A DNA stretch of 64,000 nt from Balanoglossus misakiensis. Lineage: Eukaryota; Animalia; Hemichordata. Positions 1 through 13,286 of this stretch are shown here, in pieces. Location of the stretch: contig CM082581.2 of the NCBI GenBank assembly GCA_040954595.2, forward strand, positions 2,534,699 to 2,598,698, written 5' to 3'. Each line of letters opens with the position of its first letter. Positions within the stretch are counted from its first letter, which is position 1. Both the position numbers and the translations under genes were made by a program. The notes beneath the pieces were generated by a model. It did no database searches and was not told where the DNA came from. It saw nothing but the letters and a program-made list of their open reading frames with translations.

Positions 1-408
1 TGGTGAACAAATAGAAGACGAGTATCACTTTTTACTTGTTTGCCCCTTATATGACAGTCTTAGAAAACAATATATTGGTTACACTAAAATTCCCCACATT
101 CAAATGTTTGTTAATATCATGAGCACAACAGAATCCTCAAGTATTTATGTTTACAATGCCTTTAAACTTAGAGAAATTGTGTTAAAAAACTTAATCTGCT
201 AAGTTCCTCACTTTGTATCCCGAGTACGTACTTCCACACAAGTGCTGCTTGATGTTGTCATTTATATTATTTGCGTACATGTATTATTTATTTCATTTTC
301 GTACAATTTTCTGATTACCTTTAAGCCCTCTTACCTATGGGCTGGAGGCCTTGACAATCAATTAACGTGCACTGTTGTGCACCTGAACAATGAACAACAA
401 ATCAATCA

Positions 409-771
409 CACATTCTCACTGAATCGAAAGCTGTATATGACACGAGCGCTGATTCAGATTGGATGACAAAGCTAAATGTTATCCTATGATACAGAAACTA
501 CAACGTGCCAGATGACAGTTCAAGAGTCATTTATTTAATGTTTTAAAACGAATTTGGCTAATTTGTGGCCGTGTGAGAAATATAATCTCACACACCAAGG
601 ACCTGGGATCATATTTCTCACACTCGTCAGGGATATTTTGTCCCACACTCGCCTGCAGCTTGTTTGGGACAGAAAATCCTCAACACATGTGAGAAATATG
701 TTCCCAAGTCCTTGGGAGTGTGATATTCTATTAGTCTCACAACCATAGGACCTGGTAAAAGATTTCTCAGA
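409..771 (+). mobile_element. Foldback element family A, copy 1 (long palindrome ~583-730)
   Basis: Clear homology to 7203-7640 and, inverted, to 31538-31993. Arms ATCTCACACACCAAGGACCTGGGATC.../...CCCAAGTCCTTGGGAGTGTGA. Confidence 0.8.
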
Positions 772-831
772 CGAGTTGGGGATATTTTTAGCTCGTGTTA
801 GACAAGCCAAAATATCCGTGATGAGTGTAAA

Positions 832-1050
832 ACATCGCGTTAAGTACACGGTGGTCCCATTCACGGATAATACAAGAAAAAAGTCTACACCGGAGTACAT
901 ATACAGACAGACACACACACACACACACATCAAGAGATCAACAGGCAAACATTGGCTGACCCATAAGCTGCCAATGGCATGTGTACTGTACACACACCAA
1001 ATAGAACAGCTGGTCTCTTTACCAGTTAGCCAGTTATGTAAACATGCAGT
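832..1050 (-). mobile_element. HINE (Helentron-type) 3' fragment with (CA)n
   Basis: Reverse complement of ~19505-19729. Confidence 0.65.
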
Positions 1051-1256
1051 TACCAATCACTGTTATTATTGACAAATTGCATCCAAGTCCAGACCAGTCC
1101 AGGCTTGAATACAATGTTTAAACATAACAACATTGCTTACCCTGCTTCATCGAGCTGAACAAGAAATGATGGTTGATAACCAGAAAAATACTGAATAAAA
1201 ATTCAAAAGTTACAGATACTGGACCTTTCGTTGTCCACATATTGTGCTGGTCTTAC

Positions 1257-1364
1257 CTGTACACTCTCCATTGACCAATCAATATCCCACAGAACAAGTG
1301 CAATAAAAAGAGCCTGCTGTATTCACACACTGGCCTTCACAAACATCTGCTCTCTTATTGACAT
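1257..1364 (-). CDS. EGF-Ca exon with premature stop: DVNKRADVCEGQCVNTAGSFYCTCSVGY*LVNGECT
   Basis: tttcag acceptor, gtaag donor, 108 bp, phase 1-1, CxNTxGSFxCxC motif. TGA at 1279-1281; first Cys is missing. Confidence 0.85.
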
Positions 1365-1491
1365 CTGAAATCAAAGATAGTTTATTATTTTTAATTTTAT
1401 TATTATTTATATCCTGACAAACGTAATACACATACATCTTAGTGCATTTTCTACTGAAAATAATAAAATTGGAAAACAAGTGAAAGCTTAA

Positions 1492-4227
1492 AGAGCATAT
1501 CTTGCCTTTTTAAATCTTATCAGAAGGTTAAAAAATGATTGAAAGAAATCTAATATTTACCAAAAGTGACAATATTTTTCGGGTATTGATTTCTATAATA
1601 TTTGTTTTGTTCTCATAAAATACTTCAAAACCACCCTGTCCTGAAAATCTGAGTTCAGATTTGCTGCATTTTGGTCACGTGATGTGACGTCACAAGAGGA
1701 ACCCTTCAGGTAGACCAGCTTTAGCGATGCTCACAGGTGTCATACGGTGTTTTCGTGCTTTTCTGTGTAATACCACAATGGGAAAAAGAGGTGGTTGCCG
1801 TGGTTGCAGCAACACATTACCTAGACGGAAGTCACCCGTGTGAATTCCCCGAAAACCAATGAAAGTCTATGCCACGATCATCGATATTGTACGGTGGATA
1901 TGAAACCATCCGGCGGCGGCGGCCGTAACTGTCAATGCATGACCGTTGAATGATAATCGGCCAGGTTTGAATCACGAGAAGACAATCCACACCCTTACAG
2001 GAAAATAGAAGCCTGTCAGTAGGAGAGGTCGACCAGTGATCAATATTCAATTCAGAGCACAACTGATCGTTTATACCCGATATTGGTGTTCATTCAGTGT
2101 TCCAGCGACCGCGATTACACAGTAGTAGGTGAACTGGCAGGATGCGTAAACACAATTTTGCGCTGGCCAACATCATGTCGAGATTGCTTATAATTATTCA
2201 CTCTTTCGTCTGGCTACCCGGTACCCAGGGACCGCAAACTTCGATAATTAAGGTTGACAGCAATCAATGTGAAAACTTGAACGTTCAAAATATTACTGTT
2301 ACTATTTCACATTTTTTTCAGTCATACCTTTGTATGGCTTCGGCTGAATGGTCGCCATCTTTCTTTTCTAATTTCTTTGTTTACAAGTTTTACGTCGCAC
2401 TATGTCCGACTCATCGGCTCCAAAACACACTGTACAAATTTTGAAACAAAGTGTGTTGAATAAATTTTGCTTCGTGTGAGTGAAAACCGTTTCCAAACTT
2501 GGATATTCGTGTGTATCAATGAAAATGTTTCATGCTTTGTGAGCGTGAGTGGGTCGGCCCGGCACGATCGCCTGTTGCTGTTGGTTGTATGGTTTCATTT
2601 TGTTATAATGCAGTATGAAGCATGTGAAGGAACTTTCATGATTACAGCGACAAGTCATAAATGTTTCTGTTTGTCATCACCAAAAAGGCATATAGCTTAC
2701 ATGTAATTCAGAAGACAGAATTTTAGTGCTGGCATGGTACATATACATCGCGGCGCGATATGTGTCATCGCTGCTGACTGCGTGTACACGCATCGGCGCT
2801 GATGGAGTTCCCTTGTAATAACACGCGCGTATTTTGTCTGTTGAGGCAGTGATCGAAAATCGCCAAAAGACCACGATATATCAGTTGTCAATAAGTTGAC
2901 ATTGTCCAAGATAAGTAGATTGAGACCCAACACTCTAGTCCTAAACCTCTGGGCAATATTCCACGGTTTAAGATGGGTCCCCCGGATCTTTTTGACCGTT
3001 GCTATGGGCCTTTGCAGGACATTACACCCCGATTTGGACTAAGCCGTTTTCAGAGTCTAACAAGGGGCTGGTAACTAGTTGAAAATCTGCACGATTGTGA
3101 GCGCGCGCCCCCTGACGCCATTGATATGCAAATTAGCTAGGTCAAATTTCAAAAGCCTAAGGCTTTTTATTCCGTGACCTCAAAAACGAACTTGATACGT
3201 ATTCATTAGTTGCTTGAACCAGGGAAGATCGTGACGGATTTTGTTTTCGAATATTATCGTTGTATCCTACGATTTCAGCATACCCGTACCACAGCGGAAA
3301 AAGTCATCGATTTTAGGTGTTTTTGGACGCACTCTTCCACCGGTATCGCTTCTTAGCACGACGAAAACCGAAAAAAACGATCCGTCACACTGTGTGGAAG
3401 TGCGTTCTCAACAAGCAGGTCAAATTTGACTGGCGTACGTGGCCTATGAAAAAAGCCTTAGTGATTTTCGTGAACGGTACAAAATCTCTGTGTACAAAAC
3501 ATTGGATTTTTAGCGTTCGATCCAGTTACTGTGGTCACAGGACGCGCATGCTATCGCTGACCGCTGCTTTACCGTATTAGCGTGGCGGCCTATGGCCGGG
3601 CGGTAGCTGCCGTAAACATACTCGGACAGGGGGTGTGCACACAATCGTGTGTATTTTTAACTAGTTACAAGCCCCTTGTCGGACGTTCATAACGGTTTCA
3701 ATCAAAATTGAGTGTAGTGTCCTATAAAGGCCCATAGAAACGAGCAAAAAGATACGGGGGACCCATCTTAATCGAGGCAGCAATCATTGTATGTGTAAGG
3801 TGCCTATACACATCCGCTGCCATTGCATGTTGTGTACTGCTTGCAATGCGTAGCCGTAGCCTAACCGGGCCGAGTAGTGTTATTTTTTTCATAATCGCAT
3901 CTCCCCTAGATGAAAAGGTATATATGTACATTTATTTTGAATGGAACGGGGGATCCAGAGGCTGACCCAGCAAAGCTGTTTAGATCACAGACATGTATGA
4001 TTGCAATTCAACCACTGCAATGTACAGTATTGCAAACGTAAATAGGTTCCTCTTGTGACGTCACAGAAATGGGCGTGGCCCAAACAGAAGTTTTTTCTCA
4101 GGCCCTGAACATTTTTAAATTTAACATTTATTTATCCATATGAAATAAGTAAAAGGACACCAGCATTTAACACACAAGCCCAATTATTATTTATCCTCAA
4201 AGTGTGTTTCGAGCTAAGATATGCTCT
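1492..4227. mobile_element. Non-autonomous Kolobok-like DNA transposon with possible THAP remnant
   Basis: TTAA|AGAGCATATCTT ... AAGATATGCTCT|TTAA. Subterminal IR GTGACGTCACAAGAGGAACC at ~1684 and ~4046. MGKRGGCRGCSN at 1778. Confidence 0.8.
2972..3767. mobile_element. Nested Kolobok-like MITE
   Basis: TTAA flanks; ~42-bp imperfect TIR GATGGGTCCCCCGGATCTTTTTG..CTATGGGCCTTT. Confidence 0.85.
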
Positions 4228-4416
4228 TTAAAGGATAAAAAAATTACACTTAAAAACCCCAAAGAAACCAAAACAGTTCTGAAAGACATTCCCTTTAAAC
4301 CAAAAAAAGCAATGGAATGAAATTGTGCAGAATAAAAAGACGAGTTTTTAAACCCCTTTTAAAACTGTCTATAAATCCAGCATTGCGGATAGAAGGTGAG
4401 GTTGATGACACATATT

Positions 4417-5105
4417 CGTAACCACATATTAATTGATCAGTTGATTGTTTTTACACCAAAGTCCTCAATATCCATGGCAATCTCTTTCTAGGAATTTTAA
4501 CACTCTCTATCATTCTCATTTTGACAAAATCCCCTGAAACTTGTGTACCCTGTCAGCAAAACTTTGTCTGATTTTTAAAATACAGATTACTTTTTCACCC
4601 TTGCAAACAAATTTTCAATGCTAAGTTTTCACATTTGTTAATTTGTTTATATTATGCATAATTATAATTGGAAAATTTCTGAGATACAATTTCAACAAAC
4701 ATGTGTTCAGTACGAGTGTGCGGTTGATTTCAAATTTTAAAATGTGTGCAATGGACAGACAGGATGCATGTTTTATTGTAACCATAGCAATATACAATCC
4801 CCAAACAGTGTAGCCACAGAAGAGATCAATATCCACAGTTACATACCTGCACATGCATGGCCATCCTCCAGCACATTGAAGCCTTGTCTGCAAGCGCAGC
4901 AATAACTACCATGGGTATTCTGACAATAGTGTTGACACGCATTTCCACAACTGTGACATTTATTCATATCTGGAGGGTAAGAAGAAATTCGAAATAATTT
5001 ACAAGCATTACATTATTCAAGATAAGCCTACTCTTAACTACTGGAATCTCACACCAAAGACAACTGGGCTCAGATTATAACAAGATGGGGATAATTTTTC
5101 TCAAT
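4417..5105 (+). repeat. ~700-bp direct duplication (copy 1 of 2; copy 2 at ~9791-10508) containing an EGF exon
   Basis: Near-identical from GTGAGGTTGATGACACATAT to AACAAGATGGG.ATAATTT.TCTCAATT. Confidence 0.9.
4847..4969 (-). CDS. EGF-Ca exon DMNKCHSCGNACQHYCQNTHGSYCCACRQGFNVLEDGHACA (not in ORF track)
   Basis: ctccag acceptor, gtatgt donor, 123 bp, phase 1-1, six-Cys EGF pattern. Confidence 0.85.
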
Positions 5106-5179
5106 TTCATCATTTGAGACTACATATCCCCAAACTTATGTAGTGTCGACGTAACATTATAACATAGTTATATCACTGT

Positions 5180-5412
5180 CAGGCATTTGTGTCCTACAGT
5201 CAAGGGGTTTTAGACACCTGCAGTCATTTCGATGGCGTTGGTTTGAATCCCACCAGTGCCAGAAGTGAGAGATGGTCAACTGGACTTGAGGCGTCTTTAT
5301 TTCTAAGTCTAGGAGCTACATGCACCAACTAAGGCCTATACAGTGGCTTCTGGATTGAAGAGAACTCGAAAACACGTGCACTCACTTTTATAGGAGTAAA
5401 CAGGTGTTAAAA
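5180..5412 (+). mobile_element. Possible tRNA-derived SINE remnant
   Basis: B-box-like GGTTTGAATCCC near 5239; no cloverleaf seen. Confidence 0.3.
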
Positions 5413-6092
5413 TAACATGTACATTTTAGAATATTTTGTTTAATAGGATTTGTATTCAAATTCTATTTCTGAGTCTTACACAGTGATGACCTTTTGTCAT
5501 GCATTGATGTGATGCAACCACTCACTAATGCCACACTCTGTACAAATATACATGTTAACCTGAAAACTGACTTCTTCCAACGGTGAAGCAAGTCAGAATT
5601 TTGAGGCTGGGAATCATCTACATAGTGCCCAGAGTCAATACTGTCACAGTAGTCCATTTCTTTATGTACCAAATTGTAACAAAACATTGCTATGCATTCA
5701 TGTTATCATGATCTATGACATTAATCAGCAATGTTCTATCATGTTAATTTATTCCTTGTAGTGATATCATATGCCTTTTTCATAAAGAGGGTGCCCTTCC
5801 AAGACGCAAACATGAGGCCAGTTGGTCACAGAGTAAAAACTTTGTCTTGTGTATCAACACTATAGTTGGGACAGACTTTCGACAGCCACATTTTATTGTA
5901 AGGTCAGTTTTACACGCAACTTGTATCATGTATACAACAAAGTAGATGAGCTCGAGCAGTACTCTGTAACCAACTGGCCTCCTTTTTCACATTGTCTGCT
6001 TGGAGATGACACCTTATTTTGGAAGTGTGCCCTCTTTATGAAAAATTTTATGATTGTGTTACACGTATTACAGACAGAAATCAACACAAGTG

Positions 6093-6278
6093 CAGTCAAA
6101 CCTGTCCATTATGGCTAGTGAAGGGACTTTCCTAAACTGGCCTTTATAGACAGGTGGCCATTATACCTGGTAGAAAAGTCAATTAATGTAGATATAAATT
6201 ACACAGGGACTAGAATAAAGTGGGCACTATATAGAGGTGGCTGTTTAAAAGAGGTGGCCAGTCACAGAGGTTTGACTG
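6093..6278. mobile_element. Tc1/mariner-type MITE (related copies end near 11707 and 16683)
   Basis: CAGTCAAACCT ... AGGTTTGACTG|TA termini with internal GTGGCC..TATA repeats. Confidence 0.6.
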
Positions 6279-6427
6279 TATGTTGATTTGTGTCATGAAT
6301 AATAGACATTTACCAATTATTGACTGTACAATGTGTAATTTCAGTGTCACATATACATGTACATGTATTGGACACTTACATTGCACAAACACCTACATCT
6401 TACTTTCTCCCAATTGTAGATACTCAC

Positions 6428-6532
6428 CAACACATGTTTGTTGATTTCTGTGCAACTTAAATCCTGGTCTGCAACCACACTGGTAACTGGTTGGTGTGTT
6501 GTAACATGCTTGTTGGCATGGTGACCAACCAG
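6428..6532 (-). CDS. EGF exon [35 protein letters not shown]
   Basis: ttcaag acceptor, gtgagt donor, 105 bp, phase 1-1, EGF Cys2-Cys6. Confidence 0.85.
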
Positions 6533-6785
6533 CTTGAAAACACAAATATGATAAATTGTGTTTGAATAAATACATCTGAATTACAAATATACGACAAGAG
6601 AGCAAAATTGTGTGAAACTTATAAATATCATCTGGCATATAACTTGGTCATATCATATGTTTATCTGTACCAGTACTGTATACTGATAAACAAACAATGT
6701 AGTAACCACATTAGAAGCTAGTGTTTTGTTAGCCAAAAATATCACACACGAGACAACAAACTCATTTTTTTCTAAATGTGTAACT

Positions 6786-6891
6786 TTGGAAAGTGCCTGA
6801 TAACTTTTCTCATCACCACAACTACAGCTGAATCCACCCTCTGCATTGAGACAACCTCCAGCAGAGACAGAATCTGAACACTCATTCACAT
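6786..6891 (-). CDS. Degenerate EGF-Ca exon DVNECSDSVSAGGCLNAEGGFSCSCG...
   Basis: tttcag acceptor, DVNEC and CxNxxGGFxCxC motifs. Donor site unclear, so the left coordinate is approximate. Confidence 0.7.
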
Positions 6892-7202
6892 CTGAAAATA
6901 GAGAACAAAACATCCATTGTAATTATTCAAGTCAATATCAATCCTCCCTTCCTTTAAAAATTTCCCTAATGTGAACAAATTCACATGGCTTTGAAATTAA
7001 GTATTAACAGTGATACTTCTAATATTTCTAACAGACACAACTTTTCTAAACTTTGAGTCTCTTTGTGGATTTGTAGAAATGATTTACAAACTGAGCTGTC
7101 AGGTCATAACTGTTTGTGCTTTGGCATGAACACATATCCCAGAATGCCCTACAGGGTTGGCAGTGAAATTGATAAACTCTTCACCTAAGATTTCAAACTC
7201 GT

Positions 7203-7640
7203 AATAGAGTCTCACACTCCTGGCATGCTGAGAGTGTGGGATCAGAGTGTGAGAACAAATCAATCCCACATTCTCACTGAATCGAGAGCTGTATATGATG
7301 CGAGCGCTGATTGGATGACAAAGAGTTCTTTAACAACATGTGCTAAATGTTATCCAATGACGCGATACAGAATCTACAATGTACCAGATGACAGTTCAAG
7401 AGTCATTTATTTAACAAATTTGGCTAATTTGTAGCCGTGTGAGAAATATAATCTCATATACCAAGGACCCGGGATCATATTTCTCACACTCGTCATTGAT
7501 ATTTTGTCCCACATTCGCCTGCAGCTTGTTTGGGACAGAAAATCCTCAACACATGTGAGAAATATGATCCTAAGTCCTTGGGAGTGTGAGATTCCATAAA
7601 TCTCACAACCTTAGGACCTGGGATAAGATTTCTCAGACGA
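7203..7640 (+). mobile_element. Foldback element family A, copy 2
   Basis: Homologous to 409-771. Confidence 0.8.
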
Positions 7641-9790
7641 TGTATGTAATATTGCATGAAGGCCTTTATCTATATATTAACTATAGTAATTCATGACACG
7701 TAAAATGTATCTTTCCAGATAATGCATTAATTGACATAGTTGATTTTTTAAATAACTTTTACATGTTAGTTGATGAAATAATCATATCCTCTGTTGAAGT
7801 TGGAAAAATTCTGAAGTTGGAAAATTTCAGAATATATTTTTTTTCTGAATAATTAACACTTCCCCAAGGAATAAAAAGCATTTTTTTGTAATTTTGTACT
7901 GCAATATCACTCAAAATCAAGTTCTCACTCTTTTTTTAGAGATCACGATTTTAATACAAATTTTCCACGATTTATTTATATTTATTCACCGCAATCTACA
8001 ACCCTTGCAAGTTTTACTGGCCGAAGTACAATACTTGACTTTTGACCCGGGACGCATTACCATACGTAACCGGATTGGTCCATTCATAAAACGTCATTGA
8101 ACAGTCATACTTAGTGAGTCCAAAGCGTAGACACGGAAGTCAATATCGGAAAGCCATTTCGACGCAGTTTTGACAAAATTTGTGAAAACCTTTCGCTGTT
8201 CCGACTACTTTATGCGTCAGAGATGACGTGCGGATATCAAAACACGCAAGATCATGACAAGGGAGGTCAGTCACGTACGTTCATCGCGCGCATCGGTCAA
8301 CGCGGTCATCACAATGTGGCCGCCATTCTCGATGTCAGTAAACGCAGTCGCATTCAAACACATCGCGTTTTGATATGATCCGGACGATTGTAAGTACCAA
8401 AGGCGTTTTGAACCAACACCTACTCCTGTGGTGCATCCATTGATAGCTGTTGATTTGCCCGTACTCATTACAAGAAATCTTGATCGCCATTCAAGTACGA
8501 CGATGCGTGGACGTGCATCCGTGAAAATGGTTCATTCAAAATGGCGTGGACATTGCATGTACGTTGCATAATAATATCGTTCCCGTACAGAAATGTGCAG
8601 CAGCATGCCTCGGATATCTTTATTATTGCCGTGAAACCACTGACTATATTCTGATCACAGTGACCACATTTCCATCAAACTTTAGATTACAAGTGTTTGT
8701 ACATGGCTAGTGGAACTATACTCTATGTAGCTCTATCATTTTATACTTCATTTTATTTTTACTGTACTGTACAAAAGAACTTAAAGTTTACAATTAGCAA
8801 TATATTGAATTTTAGTTTTATTGAACATTAATTGTATTGACTGTTTTTTTCACATTGTGTGAGTAAGTGTGTGTGTGTATGTATGTATGAGCTGTCATGA
8901 CATGAGCTGTGATGTCTGCCCATGAGATGTGGATTGTCTGCCCCTGAGCTGTGGGTTGTCTGTGAGGGGTCTGTCCAAGAGCTGTAGGCTGTCTGCCCAT
9001 GTAGCTCATAAGCTCATTATATATTCACCAATTCAGCTCTCTGCAGCTCTATGGATTAGGCTGCAGGATGTCTGTTTCTGCAGAGCTGCCTCAGCTTTTC
9101 AGCAGCTCTTTGCAGAGCTGCAGGTTTCGTAAGGGATTACTTTCACTTGATTCAGAATATAGGAATTAGTCCTTTGCTTAAGTTATTGGTTGTAAAATAT
9201 ACCTAAACCTATCAATTATATCAGAATTACGCTTAAAAGTATCTGTGAATACCAAGATTGCCGGCCATGGTGCGATCTCAGGCCTAGGGTCATTCATGTG
9301 TTAGAAAATAATAAATAGGGTGCATCTCTCTTTGAAAAATGTTGTTGAAACTGAACTTGAAGAGATACCCGACAATGACGTCACGCGATAATCGAACAGA
9401 ATATTTGGGGAACCTTGCTTGGGCAGGGATCGAGGACAATAAAACATCGTACGCACCCCTGGTTACGGCAGCATAAACATATTAGACAAGACTGGAATCT
9501 GAATCAGAATATGAATCTTGGGCTGTGGAACGTGAAACGTGAATCTTGAAACGTGAATCTTGAATTAGGCTTACCCTAAAAATTACTGTACCCCCCGGAG
9601 AAGCATTTATAATGTCTTTAAAATGAGATGAAAACTATATGAATTTTCTAAGTGTATATTTATTCTTTGCTGTGGTAATTTATTTAGCTATAGGTCGATA
9701 AATTATGTTAATTTGATTGAGTTATGCATATAAGTAGTGAAAATACATTGTACTTGTGCATAAATATATCAGACAGTCTTATAGTATAGT

Positions 9791-10508
9791 GTGAGGTTGA
9801 TGACACATATACTTAACCACATATTTCTTGATCAATTAATTGTTTTTACATCAAAGTCCTCAATATCCATGGCAATCTCAGAATCTAAGAATTTTAACAC
9901 TCTCTATTATTCTCATTTTAACAAAATCCCCTGAAACTCGTGTACCCTGTCAGCAAAACTTTGTCTGATTTTTAAAAAAACAGATTACTTTTTCACCCTT
10001 GCAAACAAATTTTCAAAGATAAGTTTTCACATTTGTTAATTTGTTTATATTATGCATAATTATAATTGGAAAAATTCTGAGATACAATTTCAACAAACAT
10101 GTGTTCAGTACGAGTGTGCGCTTGATTTCAAATTTTAAAATGTGTGCAATGGACTGACAGGATGTGTGTTTAGCTGATTGTAACCATAGCAATATACAAT
10201 CCCCAAACAGTGTAGCCACAGAAGAGATCAATATCCACAGTTACATACCTGCACATGCATGGCCATCCTCCAGTAGATAGAATCCTGGTCTGCAAGCGCA
10301 GAGATAACTACCATGGGTATTCTGACAACAGTGTTGACATGCATTTCCACCACTGTGACATTCATTCATATCTGGAGGGTAAGAAGAAATTAGAAATTAT
10401 TTACAAGCATTACATTATTCAAGATAAGCCTACTCTTGACTACTGGAATCTCACACCAAAGACACCTGGGCTCAGATTTATAACAAGATGGGAATAATTT
10501 GTCTCAAT
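9791..10508 (+). repeat. ~700-bp direct duplication, copy 2
   Basis: Aligns with 4417-5105; ORF track 4621-4902 and 10013-10231 share peptide. Confidence 0.9.
10249..10371 (-). CDS. EGF-Ca exon DMNECHSGGNACQHCCQNTHGSYLCACRPGFYLLEDGHACA (paralog of 4847-4969)
   Basis: ctccag acceptor, gtatgt donor, 123 bp, phase 1-1. Confidence 0.85.
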
Positions 10509-10917
10509 TGGTATCCCGTAAAATATTTTTTTCTGGATGTGTTTATACTTTAGAACCACCAGACAGGTAATATGTATCAGGCATGGTGCCTCAACAGCCT
10601 CTTGGTATTCATCTGCACAGTCGTCATTTGCACCACGTTGCTGAAATTCCCCTTCAGCTGGAAATTTGAATGCCAACGGAACTGTGTCTGATGTCATTGA
10701 TATCAAAGAAAATCTTTATCTACTGGTCATCCAATGTCCTCAGTTAAGACATCAAGCTGCCATCTTCTGATGTCATGTTAGGTAACAAATTATCCAAATA
10801 CAGTTCCATTGAAATACTGAAAAGTGATAAACTGTCACTTGCCAGGCAAAAGGGATAGGTGGGTATTATAACTCAGCTCATAACATAACATACCAATGAC
10901 TGGTTTTGTACATGTAC

Positions 10918-11045
10918 TTGTGGCTGTGTCAGAGTTGGAACAACATTGGTGCCAGTGGTGACAAGTGGATTTTTGCTGTCGCTCACATTAGGTACTGTCG
11001 GTTGTGTTGACTGCACTCCTGTTCGCATCGTTGACTGCATACCTG
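10918..11045 (-). CDS. Thr/Gln/Pro-rich exon (GMQSTMRTGVQSTQPTVPNVSDSKNPLVTTGTNVVPTLTQPQ)
   Basis: tatcag acceptor and open low-complexity frame. The gtacat donor is uncertain. Confidence 0.5.
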
Positions 11046-11738
11046 CTGATAAGTAAACACAGTAGTATTAAAACGTCAATAACTTCAACGTTAACTTTGG
11101 ATATCAGCTGTTATACTTTATTCTACTCTGTAAAACATTAAGAATTAATTCAGAGTTTGGTTTTCAAACAAAGGCGTTTTATATATTGATCAGCATTGTT
11201 ATTGTTGAAAAATGAATTCTCGTCTGAGTTCATTTAATATTCACAATGGCCATTACTCATGTACAAGTTTTGTATAGAAGCTAAAGACTGAACATTTCAT
11301 AAAGCTATCCATAGCAGAACAAGAAACTAGGGTTAATTCCTTCGCTGAAAAAAACTGAAAAAAACAATGTTACTTGGGCTTTAGCAGTTAGCAAAAATGT
11401 CACAAAATTTTACCATGACACTGTTGTATTATACCATTGATAGGGGAATACGAAAAGGGGAACTTGAATATTTTTTCCTCAGGTTTTGGCAAAGTATATT
11501 CAAACTAATGGTAAATGACTGCCATGGCAACATAACATATATGACAGTCAAATCTGTGTTTGTGGCCACCTCTATTATAGTGGCAACTTTGTTTCATTTT
11601 ATGTACATGTACATTGCACATTAACTGACCTATCTATAGAAGCCACCTGTCTATAAATGCCAGTTTAGGAAAGTCTCTTGACTGGCCACTGTAGACAGGT
11701 TTGACTGTACCTACCCCGTTGTGGCTTTGAATCTGTAC

Positions 11739-11898
11739 CTGGCCATCTCTGCTGTGGCTGTGAGTTGATAGAATTCACAGCAGCAATTGGTGGTGCCTTA
11801 CTGAACTGACTAGCATTTGCCATTTGCATGACACCCTCTGTGGCTTTCAGTGCAGCAGCTGGCACATGCTGGGAAGTCATCTTTGGTGGTGAAGTTGC
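11739..11898 (-). CDS. Ala/Pro/Gln-rich exon (ATSPPKMTSQHVPAAALKATEG...QQRWP); duplicate at 16715-16874
   Basis: ggacag acceptor, gtacag donor. ORF track entries 11665-11880 and 16611-16856 are near-identical. Confidence 0.65.
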
Positions 11899-12333
11899 CT
11901 GTCCAAAAAGAGTAACAAACCTAGTTAATATGAAGCATTATCAAGGCCAGTATTCAAAACCACATTTTTTAATTCATGACTTCAATTTTTGAATCGATGT
12001 TGAGCTTACAACTCTCAAAGTCCTATTTTCAACACACATACTCTCATTTGGAAGGGATCAGGTTTTAGGGCTTATCAACATTAATCACATTAAATATTGA
12101 ATTTGATTAATGAGTCTGTGGCATTATCCAAAGAGGCTTTCCATTTACAGAGTGGCTTTTTTGCAACCAAAACAGAAGTTTTGAATGTGTTTTGAAAATA
12201 AATAGTCTACTGTGTAGACAATGGTAAGACAAGGCTATGCGATACAGTCATAAAAAGCTTTCAATTCACAGGATGGGTAACTAGAAACAGCTAATTTGAA
12301 TCTCAAAAAGTAGAAGGTAGACCACAACTGTAC

Positions 12334-12595
12334 CTGGGTGGACAAAATTGTCTCATGGGGATACTTGAAACAGTCACATTGGGTTGTTGTGTCCTGTTTG
12401 CTGTGACAGTGGATACTGGTTGGTTTGGTAAACTGGTAGGCTGGGCAAAAGGCATTGATGACCTCTGACCTTGGCCCTGCATCTGGGGCTGACTTGGTTG
12501 AATCAGTTTCTGTTGAGAGGACGATAGTTGTTGTGGAGACTGACTTCCAATTTGACTTGGTCGTCCAGGTAACAGATGAATTGTTGGTGTAGCAT
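12334..12595 (-). CDS. Gln/Pro/Ser-rich exon (DATPTIHLLPGRPSQIGSQSPQQLSSSQQKLIQPSQPQMQGQGQ...)
   Basis: ctgcag acceptor, gtacag donor, open for ~85 codons. It ends out of phase with the next exon, consistent with a 1-nt loss in the C4 run near 12357-12360. Confidence 0.65.
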
Positions 12596-12849
12596 CTGCA
12601 GTAAAAAAGATCTACTTGATTTATTTATATACTGTAAAACAGAAAATGTCTGTGACAGGAAATGTTCGCATAATCCTAAGAGACAGCTGTTATGCTACAA
12701 TTAAATTTCGCATTCTCATATTTCACTAACTGCACCAATATCCCTGAAAAATATTTTTACATGACTTTTTAATTCGCATTTTTTGGTTCTCACGAAGTTC
12801 ACAAAAATTTCCTGTAAGACAGTAATTCATCTATCACAAACACAGAAAA

Positions 12850-12950
12850 TATGTCTAGTAGAAAGACTAGAAAAGGTGCAAATCACCTACACAAAGCCAT
12901 GAGTCTCCTCAGAGCAATGAGAAGTAAAGTGCCTTGCTCACGGACACAAT
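12850..12950 (-). mobile_element. SINE fragment (V-domain-like core); second copy ~55440-55545
   Basis: Shared ...GACTAGAA...CAATGAGAA.TAAAGTGCCTTGCTCA.GG.CACAA in both copies. Confidence 0.45.
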
Positions 12951-13286
12951 ATTCTGGTCATGAAGTCACCATCCTCAGATAGAAAATCCACTGCAGGAAA
13001 TATTTCTGATGCACCTGGTCCTGCACATATTTCCTACTTTGAATACCCCATGATTCTCTGTTTCTCTGTTCATTCCACGTGTGCATCTGATGAAGGGGAC
13101 TACATGTCCCCGAAAACTCATGCTGTATTTTCAACTCGTTGATCACAGAGTGCTATATAACTTTAACTAATATTGTAGTGAAGATCAACATGGCAATATT
13201 CTACTATATCTCACACTTCACTTGGTGGTCTAATTATGTGCGGACTTAAATTGACAATGGCTGGGAAGCAACACTGGAGACTTTAC

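Noticed and set aside
242-1072. Short ORFs of 60-170 aa here and throughout the window
   Set aside because: They overlap repeats or microsatellites, or run through introns; no coding signal beyond the exons listed.
1279-1281. In-frame TGA as selenocysteine
   Set aside because: It is not at a Cys position of the EGF pattern, the exon has other lesions, and no SECIS was recognised.
5180-5260. Functional tRNA gene
   Set aside because: Only a degenerate B-box; no acceptor or anticodon stems.
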